This document shows positions 32,143 to 41,076 of a stretch of 53,197 nt of DNA, piece after piece. The stretch's first letter is position 1. Each line of letters starts with the position of its first letter. The notes under the pieces are model-generated. The model saw only the letters and a program-made list of their open reading frames with translations. It made no database searches and was not told the origin of the DNA. The translations under genes and the position numbers were made by a program. The stretch is from Chromatiaceae bacterium (GTDB taxonomy: Bacteria > Pseudomonadota > Gammaproteobacteria > Chromatiales > Chromatiaceae), in contig JBGSUY010000125.1 of NCBI GenBank assembly GCA_041753195.1, positions 1 through 53,197 of the forward strand. Direction: 5' to 3'.

Positions 32143-33822
32143 ATGGATAACCTGCGCCTGGTCCTGGTCTTCTCACTCGCCATCATCCTGCTGCTGATCT
32201 ACCAAGCCTGGATGGAGGACTATGGCGCCACCTACTCTCCCGGAACGGCAGGCGAACGCCCGGCGGTCCAGGCAGCCGCCGGCGACTCCCGAGCCGACCT
32301 TCCACGGGGCGTCCCCCAGGTCGCGGCGGCCACCCCCTCTGCGGCCCCGGCCCCCGGGGTACAGGCGCAAGGGACTCCCTCCCTAGAGCCGATTCGCATC
32401 CAGACCGATGTCCTGCGCATCGAGATCTCACCCCGGGGCGGCACCCTGGCGAGCGCCTGGTTGCTCGACTATCCGGTCATGCCTGAGCGCCCGGAGGACA
32501 AGGTCCGACTGTTCAAGCCGGACACGCCGAACCTCTTCCTCGCCCAGTCCGGACTCATTGGCACCAATCCAGAGATCCTGCCGACCCACGAGGCCATCTT
32601 CGAGTCCACCACCACCAGCCACGCCCTCGCGCCTGGCCAGGACGCCCTGGATGTCGTCTTGACCTGGACCCACGCCTCCGGCGTCCAAGTGCGCAAGCAC
32701 TACACGTTCCGTCGTGGCAGCTACGTCGTCACCCTCACCCAAGAGATCGTCAACGGTGGCGGTGTTCCCGTGGTTGCACGAGCCTACAACCAACTGCAGC
32801 GCACCGATCTCATCGACCCCAACGCCACCCGATTCGTCTACACCTATACGGGCGGGGTCTATTACACGCCGGAGGACAAGTACAAGAAGATTTCCTTCGA
32901 TGACATGCGTGAGGCTAAGCTCGAGCGTCCCGTACGCGACGGCTGGCTGGCGATGATCCAGCACTACTTCCTGGCCGCGTGGATCCCACCCAGGGGCGTC
33001 GAGGAGACCTTCTACACGAATGTCCTCGACGACAGCCGATACATCATCGGGAAGTACTCGCCGGCGGTGACTATCGCCGCTGGAGAGAGCCACCGCTTCG
33101 AAAATCAACTCTTCGTGGGTCCCAAGATCCAGGAGACCCTGGCCGAGGTCGCCCCCGGGCTGGATCTCACCGTGGACTATGGATGGCTCACCGTGATCGC
33201 TCAGCCCATCCACTGGATGCTGGCCAAGATTCACTCCGTGGTGGGCAACTGGGGCTGGTCCATCATCGTGCTCACCATCTTAATCAAGCTGGCTTTCTAC
33301 AAGCTGTCGGAGACCAGCTATAAGTCCATGGCGAACATGCGAGAGCTCACGCCGCGGCTCCAAACCCTAAAGGATCGCTACGGGGACGACAAGGAGCGCC
33401 TCAACCAAGCCATGATGGAGCTTTACAAGACCGAGAAAATCAACCCCTTGGGTGGCTGCCTTCCCATCCTGGTCCAGATTCCGGTCTTCATCGCCCTATA
33501 CTGGGTGCTGCTCGAGAGTGTCGAGCTGCGACAGGCGCCCTGGATTCTTTGGATCGACAACCTGTCCGCCCCGGACCCCTTCTTCGTGCTGCCGCTCATC
33601 ATGGGCGTGTCCATGTACGTGCAGCAGAAGCTCAACCCGGCCCCGCCCGACCCCATGCAGGCTAAGATCATGATGAGCCTGCCCTTCGTCTTCACGGTGT
33701 TCTTCGCCTTCTTCCCCTCGGGCCTGGTGCTCTATTGGACCGTCAACAATCTGCTGTCCATCGCCCAGCAGTGGCACATCACCCGTAACATCGAAAAGGC
33801 GGCCGCAAAGCGGCGGCGCTGA
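32143..33822 (+). CDS. yidC: Membrane protein insertase YidC
   Basis: VDYGWL, GNWGWSII.LT, YKTEKINPLGGCLP, ESVELRQAPW, PSGLVLYW. Confidence 0.97.
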   Translation: MDNLRLVLVFSLAIILLLIYQAWMEDYGATYSPGTAGERPAVQAAAGDSRADLPRGVPQVAAATPSAAPAPGVQAQGTPSLEPIRIQTDVLRIEISPRGGTLASAWLLDYPVMPERPEDKVRLFKPDTPNLFLAQSGLIGTNPEILPTHEAIFESTTTSHALAPGQDALDVVLTWTHASGVQVRKHYTFRRGSYVVTLTQEIVNGGGVPVVARAYNQLQRTDLIDPNATRFVYTYTGGVYYTPEDKYKKISFDDMREAKLERPVRDGWLAMIQHYFLAAWIPPRGVEETFYTNVLDDSRYIIGKYSPAVTIAAGESHRFENQLFVGPKIQETLAEVAPGLDLTVDYGWLTVIAQPIHWMLAKIHSVVGNWGWSIIVLTILIKLAFYKLSETSYKSMANMRELTPRLQTLKDRYGDDKERLNQAMMELYKTEKINPLGGCLPILVQIPVFIALYWVLLESVELRQAPWILWIDNLSAPDPFFVLPLIMGVSMYVQQKLNPAPPDPMQAKIMMSLPFVFTVFFAFFPSGLVLYWTVNNLLSIAQQWHITRNIEKAAAKRRR

Positions 33823-33848
33823 GGGTCTGGCCCATCGGGGTCCTTATC

Positions 33849-35183
33849 ATGGCCACTGAGACCATCGCCGCCGTCGCCACGCCGCGTGGCATCGGCGGGG
33901 TGGGCATCGTTCGGCTCAGCGGGCCTCTGGTCCGACCCATTGCCGAGGCCACCCTGGGTCGCGTCCCCCGTCCGCGGCACGCCGCCTTCGCCTCCTTCCG
34001 ATCCGCCGACGGTTCCACCATCGACGAGGGAATCGCACTCCTGTTCCCCGCACCCCGCTCCTTCACCGGCGAGGATGTGCTGGAGCTTCAGGGTCACGGG
34101 GGCCCCGTGGTCATGGATCTCCTACTACAGCGGTGTTTGGAGCTTGGGGCTCGCATCGCCCGCCCAGGCGAGTTCAGCGAGCGCGCCTTCCTGAACGGCA
34201 AGCTGGACCTAACCCAGGCGGAGGCGGTCGCGGACCTCATCGAGAGCTCTACCGCACTTGGTGCGCGGTTGGCGGTTCGCAGCCTCCAGGGGGCCTTCTC
34301 CCGACGCATCGACTCACTAATCGAGGGGCTGATTCGTCTGCGGACCTACGTGGAGGCCACCCTCGATTTCCCGGACGACGAATTGGACTTCCAGGTGGAG
34401 TCCTTGGTGGCCGGCGACCTGGACGCCCTGAACTCCCAGGCCCGGAGGCTGCTCGCTGAGGCTCACCAGGGCGAGCGCATCCGCGACGGCTTCACCGTCG
34501 CCATCGCAGGTCCACCGAATGCGGGCAAGTCCAGTCTCCTCAATGCTCTCTCGCTCGCAGAGGCGGCAATCGTGACCCCCATCCCCGGTACCACCCGGGA
34601 TCTGCTACGGGTCGATGTCCAGGTGGACGGTTTGCCGGTGCGCCTCGTGGACACGGCAGGACTCCGGGACAGCCAGGATCCGGTGGAGCGGGAGGGTGTC
34701 CGCCGGGCCCGCGACCAGATCGCCCGCTCCGACCTGGTCCTCTGGGTCTATGACGCCACCAAGGGCCTGGACCCGAGCGGGCTCGCCACAATCCCTCCGG
34801 GCGTCCCTCTCACCCGGATCCGCAACAAAATAGACCTCTTGGAGGCAGAGGGGGAAAGGGATGCCTCCGAGCAGGACGAAATCGCCCTCTCCGCCATCAC
34901 CGGCGAGGGGCTTGACCGGCTCCATCGCCACATCAAGTTCCGCGCCGGGGTCGACTCCATGACGGAGGGGGCCTTCGTCGCCCGCCGCCGACATCTCGAG
35001 GCCCTCGAGCGTGGACTGGCCCATCTGGAGGCGGCACACCGGGCCCTGGCAACCGGGGCGGGCCCGGAACTGATCGCCCTGGATCTAGCCGCCGCGCAAC
35101 AGTCCTTCGGGGAGATAACGGGGGCCTTCACCCCCGAGGACCTCTTGGGTCGCATATTCGCGAGCTTCTGTATTGGAAAATAG
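33849..35183 (+). CDS. mnmE: tRNA modification GTPase MnmE (TrmE)
   Basis: TIAAVATP.G.GG, SFTGEDV.E...HGG, GPPNAGKSS, PGTTRD, DTAG, NKID, C-terminal FCIGK. Confidence 0.98.
   Translation: MATETIAAVATPRGIGGVGIVRLSGPLVRPIAEATLGRVPRPRHAAFASFRSADGSTIDEGIALLFPAPRSFTGEDVLELQGHGGPVVMDLLLQRCLELGARIARPGEFSERAFLNGKLDLTQAEAVADLIESSTALGARLAVRSLQGAFSRRIDSLIEGLIRLRTYVEATLDFPDDELDFQVESLVAGDLDALNSQARRLLAEAHQGERIRDGFTVAIAGPPNAGKSSLLNALSLAEAAIVTPIPGTTRDLLRVDVQVDGLPVRLVDTAGLRDSQDPVEREGVRRARDQIARSDLVLWVYDATKGLDPSGLATIPPGVPLTRIRNKIDLLEAEGERDASEQDEIALSAITGEGLDRLHRHIKFRAGVDSMTEGAFVARRRHLEALERGLAHLEAAHRALATGAGPELIALDLAAAQQSFGEITGAFTPEDLLGRIFASFCIGK
35164..35176 (+). repeat. attL core (within the last codons of mnmE)
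   Basis: TATTCGC-GA-GCTTCTGTATTGG (35155-35176); repeated at attR. Confidence 0.88.
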
Positions 35184-35227
35184 TCCTGGTTCCGTGGTTG
35201 TCCGCAGACTTCCGCTAACACCTTGAG

Positions 35228-35251
35228 AGCCCGCGTAATTGCGGGCTTTTT
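35228..35251 (+). terminator. Intrinsic terminator after mnmE (inside the island)
   Basis: AGCCCGC-GTAATT-GCGGGCT followed by TTTT. Confidence 0.85.
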
Positions 35252-35295
35252 AGTCTGTAGCCGTCCTGTACGTTCCGCCAAAATCCGCCTAAACT

Positions 35296-35493
35296 TGTTC
35301 CCTGAAGTGTTCCCTGATGCCTTTCGGGCTGTTCCCTTCTGACCCGCGATGGCCGACGAGCGGCAGCAACTCAAGGGAGGTGAAATCACTTCCAGTTGGG
35401 AACACCAGGCCGGGAAGCCGCGCCACTGCTGTATTTCGTGGGTGTTCCCTTCGGCTCAACCTGTTCCCCAATGGCGCGATGAATCAGGGAACA
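35296..35493. repeat. Seven TGTTCCC motifs: candidate integrase arm-type sites, left end
   Basis: Direct copies at 35296, 35308, 35330, 35443, 35462; inverted GGGAACA at 35398 and 35487; same motif at the right end. Confidence 0.75.
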
Positions 35494-35518
35494 CCTGACC
35501 ACGCGGAGGCACTGATCC

Positions 35519-36832
35519 ATGGCCCTGACAGACATCAAGGTGCGGCACCTGAAACCCCGTGAGAGCCCCTACAGCGAGTCGGATAGCGGGGGGCTGTACA
35601 TCGAGGTCACCCCCCAGGGGGCGAAGTCCTGGAAGCTGCGCTACCGCCTCGGGGGAAAGCAGGAGAAGGCGATCCTCGGGGAATATCCCGCGTTCTCCCT
35701 GGCCGACGCCCGGAGCTGGCGGGAGGACTGCAAGGCCCTGGTGGCCCGTGGGCTGTCACCGGCGGGGCTCAAGCGCGGGGACGCGATCCAGGAGGACCTG
35801 CCCGAGAACGTGCGGGCGCTGGCTCGTGCCTTCGTGCGCGACTGGTACCCCCGCACGGCGGAGAAGGCCCGGGCTGAGGAAGAGGAGACCCGGCAAGCCG
35901 ACACCCTGGAAGCCTTCGCCTGGACCTGGTTCCGGGAGGTGGCGGAGCCGAACAACACCAACCCGCGCAACATCAAGCGCGTCCTGGAAAAGGACGTCAT
36001 TCCCGCCCTGGGGGCTAAGGCCCTGGTGGAGGTGACGCCTGATAACATCCTGAACCTGACCGACCGCATCAAGGCTCGCGGTGCCGAGCAGATGGCGCTG
36101 GTGACCCGCAACATCCTCAAGCGGGTGTACGCCTATGCCATCGCTCGCCAGAAGGTGACATTCAATCCCGCAGCGGCCATCGAGGCCAAGTTCATCGCCA
36201 CCGCCAAGAGTCGCGACGTGGCGCTGTCCCAGGATGAGGTCGGGAGACTATTGCGGGGTATCTACCAGTCCAACATGGCGCGATCGCACAAGCTGGCCCT
36301 GCACCTGCTGATCCTCACCATGGTCCGCAAGTCCGAGCTAATCGAGGCCCGATGGGAAGAGTTCGACCTGGACAAGGGCGAATGGTCCATACCCGGCGAG
36401 CGGATGAAGAAGGACAGGCCGCACCTGGTGCACCTGCCCCGGCAAGCCGTGGCCATGATCGAGGAGCTGCGCGGGCTGGCGGGCGGTTCACCCTGGGTCT
36501 TTCCCAGTCGCAACGACCCGCGCAAGCCCATCGCCAAGACGACGCTGAACTACGCGGTCCGGTCCCTGGACCTGGACCTCCGAGACTTCGTGATTCACGA
36601 CTTCCGCCGCACCGCGTCCACCCACCTGCACGAGGCCAATTTCAATTCCGACTGGATCGAGAAGGCCTTAGCCCACGAGACCAAGGGAATTAGGGGGGTC
36701 TACAACCGGGCTCAGTATGCGGACCAGCGGCGCGACATGCTGCAATGGTGGGCCGACTTTGTGGATGCCCAGATCGAAGAGGGCCGCAAGGTGATTATCG
36801 GGCGCTTCGGGAAGGCATACCGAGCGGGTTGA
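35519..36832 (+). CDS. P4-family tyrosine integrase with N-terminal arm-binding domain
   Basis: MALTDIKVR, D.GGLYIEV...G.KSW.LRYR, GEYP.FSLA.AR; catalytic R (MVRKSE), K (RMKK), HDFRRT, LAH, GVYNRA all present. Confidence 0.96.
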   Translation: MALTDIKVRHLKPRESPYSESDSGGLYIEVTPQGAKSWKLRYRLGGKQEKAILGEYPAFSLADARSWREDCKALVARGLSPAGLKRGDAIQEDLPENVRALARAFVRDWYPRTAEKARAEEEETRQADTLEAFAWTWFREVAEPNNTNPRNIKRVLEKDVIPALGAKALVEVTPDNILNLTDRIKARGAEQMALVTRNILKRVYAYAIARQKVTFNPAAAIEAKFIATAKSRDVALSQDEVGRLLRGIYQSNMARSHKLALHLLILTMVRKSELIEARWEEFDLDKGEWSIPGERMKKDRPHLVHLPRQAVAMIEELRGLAGGSPWVFPSRNDPRKPIAKTTLNYAVRSLDLDLRDFVIHDFRRTASTHLHEANFNSDWIEKALAHETKGIRGVYNRAQYADQRRDMLQWWADFVDAQIEEGRKVIIGRFGKAYRAG

Positions 36833-36842
36833 CCAGTTCGCT

Positions 36843-36903
36843 GCGCCTAGGCCCCGGTTGATCCCTGGGGCCGAAAACCGGGGCAACCTTGCCCGGCTGG
36901 CGC
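36843..36903 (+). ncRNA. Three-way-junction structured element resembling the int-alpA RNA motif
   Basis: Closing stem GCGCC/GGCGC; hairpin GGCCCCGG-TTGATCC-CTGGGGCC; GAAAA linker; hairpin CCGGG(G)CA-ACCT-TGCCCGG; lies directly after int and upstream of alpA. Confidence 0.6.
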
Positions 36904-36937
36904 GTCGGAAGTGAAGGGCCGGCGCAATAGGAGACGT

Positions 36938-37540
36938 ATGACGAATCAGTTTGCCCAGCTGTGGTTGCTTGCGGACAGCCTGAGTGTCCGGCAAGCCGCT
37001 GCGCTTATAGCAGGATATGGGCCACAGGACGTGGCTTGGATGGGTGACGAGACCATCTATGACCCAAATTTTCCGCGGCAGTATGCGGCCGAAATCGCAT
37101 TGCGCAATGCGGTACTGTCGGGCCTAGTTCCCGACCTTGATGGTCCCGAGTCGTTATCTGATTACATTGATAACGGTACCGAACAATTCAGCGTGACCGA
37201 TACCAGGGTTTCGGTTAGTGACGTGCGGTCATGGCTGGAGAGTCGCGGCATCAGGACCGGGTTCTTCTTCCCCAACGCAACCGGTGCCCCCGATTTCCTT
37301 GACCGCGGAAATCCCCGCTATGCGCCTAAACTTGCAGCGGCTGTCCTGGCCTGGCAAGCCGTGACCGATCCGTGCGGCAAGCATCCGAAACAAGCACTCA
37401 TGAAGTGGCTACGGGAACCTGCGGCGGAGTTCAGCTTGACCGACGATGAAGGCAAGCCCAACGAGACTGGGATCGAGGAGGTCGCGAAGGTCGCGAACTG
37501 GCAACCCGGCGGCGGGGCGCCCAAGACTCCTGGCGGATAA
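36938..37540 (+). CDS. Hypothetical island protein (200 aa) between int and alpA, possibly DNA-binding
   Basis: AGGAG RBS before ATG 36938; LSVRQAAALIAG, VSVSDVRSWLESRG..TGFF, C-terminal VANWQP.GGAPKTP. Confidence 0.8.
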   Translation: MTNQFAQLWLLADSLSVRQAAALIAGYGPQDVAWMGDETIYDPNFPRQYAAEIALRNAVLSGLVPDLDGPESLSDYIDNGTEQFSVTDTRVSVSDVRSWLESRGIRTGFFFPNATGAPDFLDRGNPRYAPKLAAAVLAWQAVTDPCGKHPKQALMKWLREPAAEFSLTDDEGKPNETGIEEVAKVANWQPGGGAPKTPGG

Positions 37541-37750
37541 CCTGCCCACCCCGAGGGCCTCGCCAATGTTGAGGTTTTGAGCCGGTACAGCACCGAACCC
37601 ACCCACCCCCCACCAAGGGAATCCACCTACCACCACCCCCCAACTTTTCGGGCGGGTTATCGCAACCAGCCCAGCTATGTTGGCGCGCGTCGTGACCCTT
37701 TAATCGGAGCCATGCCGGTACGTTCCGGCGAATGCTAACGAGCATCGCAC

Positions 37751-37990
37751 ATGGCCGAACAAGCCCGAACCGCGCCCCTGACCATCATTCGGCGCAAGAA
37801 GGTAGAAGCCCGCACGGGGTATAGCCGATCCACCATCTACGCCAAGATGCGGCCAAACCCCAATCGGCCGGGTGACTACGATCCCACCTTTCCACGTCCG
37901 GTATCGATGGGCGCCAAGTCTGTCGGCTGGATTGAGGCCGAAATTGACGCCTGGCTGACTGCCCAAATCAAAAAGAGCCGCAAGGGCTAG
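37751..37990 (+). CDS. alpA: AlpA-family regulator / recombination directionality factor
   Basis: IIRRKKVEARTGYSRSTIY....FPRPVSMGAKSVGWIEAEIDAWL. Confidence 0.92.
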   Translation: MAEQARTAPLTIIRRKKVEARTGYSRSTIYAKMRPNPNRPGDYDPTFPRPVSMGAKSVGWIEAEIDAWLTAQIKKSRKG

Positions 37991-37999
37991 GGGTCGGCG

Positions 38000-38167
38000 A
38001 TGGACGCCAAGAAACCCACCGGGGCAGGCACCCCGGCAGGCCGTCAATTCCCGTCTGACGGCTGCCATTTTACCGGATTCGATCCCTTTGTGGGCTGGAT
38101 CAGTCATGGCAAACCCAGCCGTCTCACACGCCAACCCACGCGGCAATGGGCCAGGGGGCGGCGATGA
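38000..38167 (+). CDS. Small hypothetical protein (55 aa, below the ORF-track cut-off)
   Basis: MDAKKPTGAGTPAGRQFPSDGCHFTGFDPFVGWISHGKPSRLTRQPTRQWARGRR; starts 9 nt after alpA, stop overlaps the primase ATG (ATGA). Confidence 0.6.
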   Translation: MDAKKPTGAGTPAGRQFPSDGCHFTGFDPFVGWISHGKPSRLTRQPTRQWARGRR

Positions 38168-41076
38168 ACGGGGATCTGCAACGCATCGGCGAGGCCCTGA
38201 GCTTCGTTGACCCGACCTGCCGCGAGACCTGGGTCAAGATGGGCATGGCGATCAAGTCCGAGGTCGGCGACGCGGGCTTTGACGTGTGGGATTCCTGGTC
38301 CCAACAGGCCGACACCTACACCCAGGCGGATGCCCGCGATGTCTGGAAGTCCGTCAAGGTCAACGGCAAGACGACCATCGGGACCCTGTTCTTTGAGGCC
38401 AAGCGCAACGGCTGGCGCGACGATGGGGCACGAACCCCGCCAACCGCTGAGGAACTGGCCGAACGGCGGCGGGAGTCCCAGGAACGGGCGGCCCGGGAAC
38501 ACGTCCAGACCGAGCGCAAGCGGGCTGTCGCTGCCAGCAAGGCGGCGGCGATCTGGGAGGCGGCGACCGACCCCGCCGGCAACCCCTACCTGGAACGGAA
38601 GGCCGTTGCCCCCGTCGCGACCCTGCGGGAGATTGACGCGACCAAGGCGGCGAAGATCCTGGGGTATGTCCCGAAGTCGGGCGGCGAACCTCTAACCGGG
38701 CTCCTGCTCGTGGTGCGGATCAAGATCAGCGAGGGGCTTTCCACCCTGGAACTGATAGACGAGTCCGGGCGCAAGGCCGCCCTGGTGGGGGGCGTCAAGA
38801 AGGCCGGCTGCTGGGCTTCTGGGGCCCTGCCAGACGGCGACGGGGCAGGGACAACCCTGCTGATAGGGGAAGGCGTGGCGACCTGCCTGAGTGCCAGGGA
38901 GGCGAGCGGACACCTCGCCGTTGCGGCCCTGTCGGCGGGCAACCTCCCTGCCGTGGCCCGGGCGATGCGCGACCGCTACCCGGCGGCGCGGCTGATCGTC
39001 CTGGCCGATCTGGTGAAGGCGACCGGCGAACCCGACCCCCACGCAATCGAGGCGGCCCGGGCAGTTGGCGGAATGCTGGCGGTTCCCGACTTCGGGCCCG
39101 AGCGGGAGCCGAGCCAAACCGACTTCAACGATCTGCACCAGGCGGCGGGCCTAGAAGTCGTTGAGCGGGCCATAGAGGCAGCGAGCGTACCGGCTGGTGT
39201 AGAACATGGTGGGGACCTGGCCGGTGCCGTTCTGCGCCAAGCCATAGAGCGGCTGTCCACAGATCCGGGCGCAGCCTTGACCGACGAAGCCGCTGCCGCT
39301 TGGAGCGAAGTCTACGCTACGGACCCAGCCGAGTTCGAGCGGTTGCGAAAACGCGCCAAAGAGGCGGGGGCGCGGGTTGGCGAAATAGACAAGCGTATCG
39401 GCATCCACGCAAGACATGCGCAGGCGAAGCCGAAAGCTCAGACTTATTTCGCCCCGAATCCTTCCGATCCTTCCGGTATAAGGGCTGAATCCCTCCTTTT
39501 GCCTTCCGGCGAACTTCCGAAAGCGGAAGAATTGATCCCTGTTGACGCTTTGCTGTGGGTCGATAAAAAGGGGGAGTCTCACCGATTGATAGAGTCACAG
39601 GCTGCCGAGGTTGTGGCCGGTGGGCTCAAGAATCGACTGGCGTGGGACGGCGAGGCGGCAACGTGGATGCTGTGGCGAGAAACGCACTGGGAGGCGTTGA
39701 CCGTCGCCAACCGAGCGGAACGGCTGCTGGCGGACGCCGTCCATCTCGGCGCTCGGACGCTGGGGTTTCGCCCGAGCTACCTCAACGGGGTCACCCAGAT
39801 CGTTCAGCGCCGCGGCTTGCTGCAACCAACCGAGCCCCCCACGGCGGTTATCCCGTTCGCCAACGGGCTGTTAGACCTGGCTACAGGACGTCTTTCTCCG
39901 GCGACACCGGCGCGCGCTTTGACCTGGTGTCTACCGCATCGGTACGACCCAGAGGCCGACTGCCCCACGATCAAAGCATGGCTTTTGCGCTGCGTTGAAG
40001 AAGACAAGGAGACGGTGGAACTTCTGAGGGCCTGGCTCGCCGCCTTGGTCCGCGGTATCCCGTTGCAAAAGTTCCTGCTGTTGCTGGGCCGGGGGAAGTC
40101 CGGCAAGGGCACATTCCAGCGACTTGCCATTGCCCTAGTTGGCACCGCCAACAACGCAGTTTGCTCGCTCCGGGACCTGGAGGAAAACCGCTTCGAGACT
40201 GCGAAGCTCTATGGTAAGCGCCTATGCACGATCAACGAGTCGGGTAAGCACGGCGGAACGTTGAATATGCTCAAAGCGGTTACCGGAGGAGACCACCTAC
40301 CCCTGGAGAGGAAGCACCAGCAACAGCACGGATCGTTCGTCTTTGGCGGGCTGGTTCTGATGGCCACCAACGAGGACTTGCAATCGACCGACAGCACGAG
40401 CGGACTGGAACGCCGTCGGATCACTGTCCGGTTTCCAGTTTCCGCAACGCCTGATGAGATTGCGCGGTGGGAAGCGCGCGGCGGTGAGGAGGCTGTGTTG
40501 CATGCCGAGATCCCGGGCCTCATCAACTGGCTGTTGGCGTTGAGCCCAGCGGACATCCGCGCCCGCATAGACGATCCGCCCGCTCGGGTTGTGACCGACA
40601 ACCTTTTAGGCATGGCTGCGGGAAATTCTGTCGCCGACTGGCTGCTGTCAGAGACAGTGCCAGAGTCCGACGCTTGGACGCAGATCGGCACCAAGAAGGA
40701 GCGCCGCGATCCCGCGACGGGCGAGGTTTACTTTGAGCAAGCGGATGAGCGGCTTTACCCGTCGTACCTGACGTGGTGCCTGGCGCATGGCCGGTCCAGA
40801 CCCGTGGCGTCACGGAAGTTTCGCGATACGGTTGCCGACATGGCCGAGACATTGGGGCATCGCGTGACAACCGGGCGTCACCCCGAAACCCGGGCGAACG
40901 GCGTAAATGGTTTGAGGCTTGCCCGGAAGGATGATTCAGCGCCGGAAGATGCCTGGAAGAAAAAAGGAGGGTTTGAGGTCCGGTCCCGGAAGGATCGGAA
41001 GGATTCTGGGCCGAACTTTGGTCCAGATTTTTCGCCCCCCGCTGCAGATGGCGACGCCGGGGAGGATTTGGTATGA
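38164..41076 (+). CDS. Primase-helicase: PriCT-2-like N-terminus, Toprim domain, D5/SF3 helicase (P4 alpha-like)
   Basis: ETWVKMGMAIK...WDSWS...Y...W.S (PriCT-2); IGEGVAT...SAGNL...LAD...TDFNDL (Toprim); IPFANGLLDL, Walker A GRGKSGKGT, LKAVTGGD, MATN, GLERRR. Confidence 0.9.
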   Translation: MNGDLQRIGEALSFVDPTCRETWVKMGMAIKSEVGDAGFDVWDSWSQQADTYTQADARDVWKSVKVNGKTTIGTLFFEAKRNGWRDDGARTPPTAEELAERRRESQERAAREHVQTERKRAVAASKAAAIWEAATDPAGNPYLERKAVAPVATLREIDATKAAKILGYVPKSGGEPLTGLLLVVRIKISEGLSTLELIDESGRKAALVGGVKKAGCWASGALPDGDGAGTTLLIGEGVATCLSAREASGHLAVAALSAGNLPAVARAMRDRYPAARLIVLADLVKATGEPDPHAIEAARAVGGMLAVPDFGPEREPSQTDFNDLHQAAGLEVVERAIEAASVPAGVEHGGDLAGAVLRQAIERLSTDPGAALTDEAAAAWSEVYATDPAEFERLRKRAKEAGARVGEIDKRIGIHARHAQAKPKAQTYFAPNPSDPSGIRAESLLLPSGELPKAEELIPVDALLWVDKKGESHRLIESQAAEVVAGGLKNRLAWDGEAATWMLWRETHWEALTVANRAERLLADAVHLGARTLGFRPSYLNGVTQIVQRRGLLQPTEPPTAVIPFANGLLDLATGRLSPATPARALTWCLPHRYDPEADCPTIKAWLLRCVEEDKETVELLRAWLAALVRGIPLQKFLLLLGRGKSGKGTFQRLAIALVGTANNAVCSLRDLEENRFETAKLYGKRLCTINESGKHGGTLNMLKAVTGGDHLPLERKHQQQHGSFVFGGLVLMATNEDLQSTDSTSGLERRRITVRFPVSATPDEIARWEARGGEEAVLHAEIPGLINWLLALSPADIRARIDDPPARVVTDNLLGMAAGNSVADWLLSETVPESDAWTQIGTKKERRDPATGEVYFEQADERLYPSYLTWCLAHGRSRPVASRKFRDTVADMAETLGHRVTTGRHPETRANGVNGLRLARKDDSAPEDAWKKKGGFEVRSRKDRKDSGPNFGPDFSPPAADGDAGEDLV
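39456..41006. repeat. Perfect 21-bp inverted repeat pair inside the primase-helicase gene
   Basis: GAATCCTTCCGATCCTTCCGG at 39456-39476 and CCGGAAGGATCGGAAGGATTC at 40986-41006. Confidence 0.9.

Noticed and set aside
35296..35493. Repeats near attL as a CRISPR array
   Set aside because: Units are 7-10 bp, irregularly spaced and in both orientations, and there are no cas genes.
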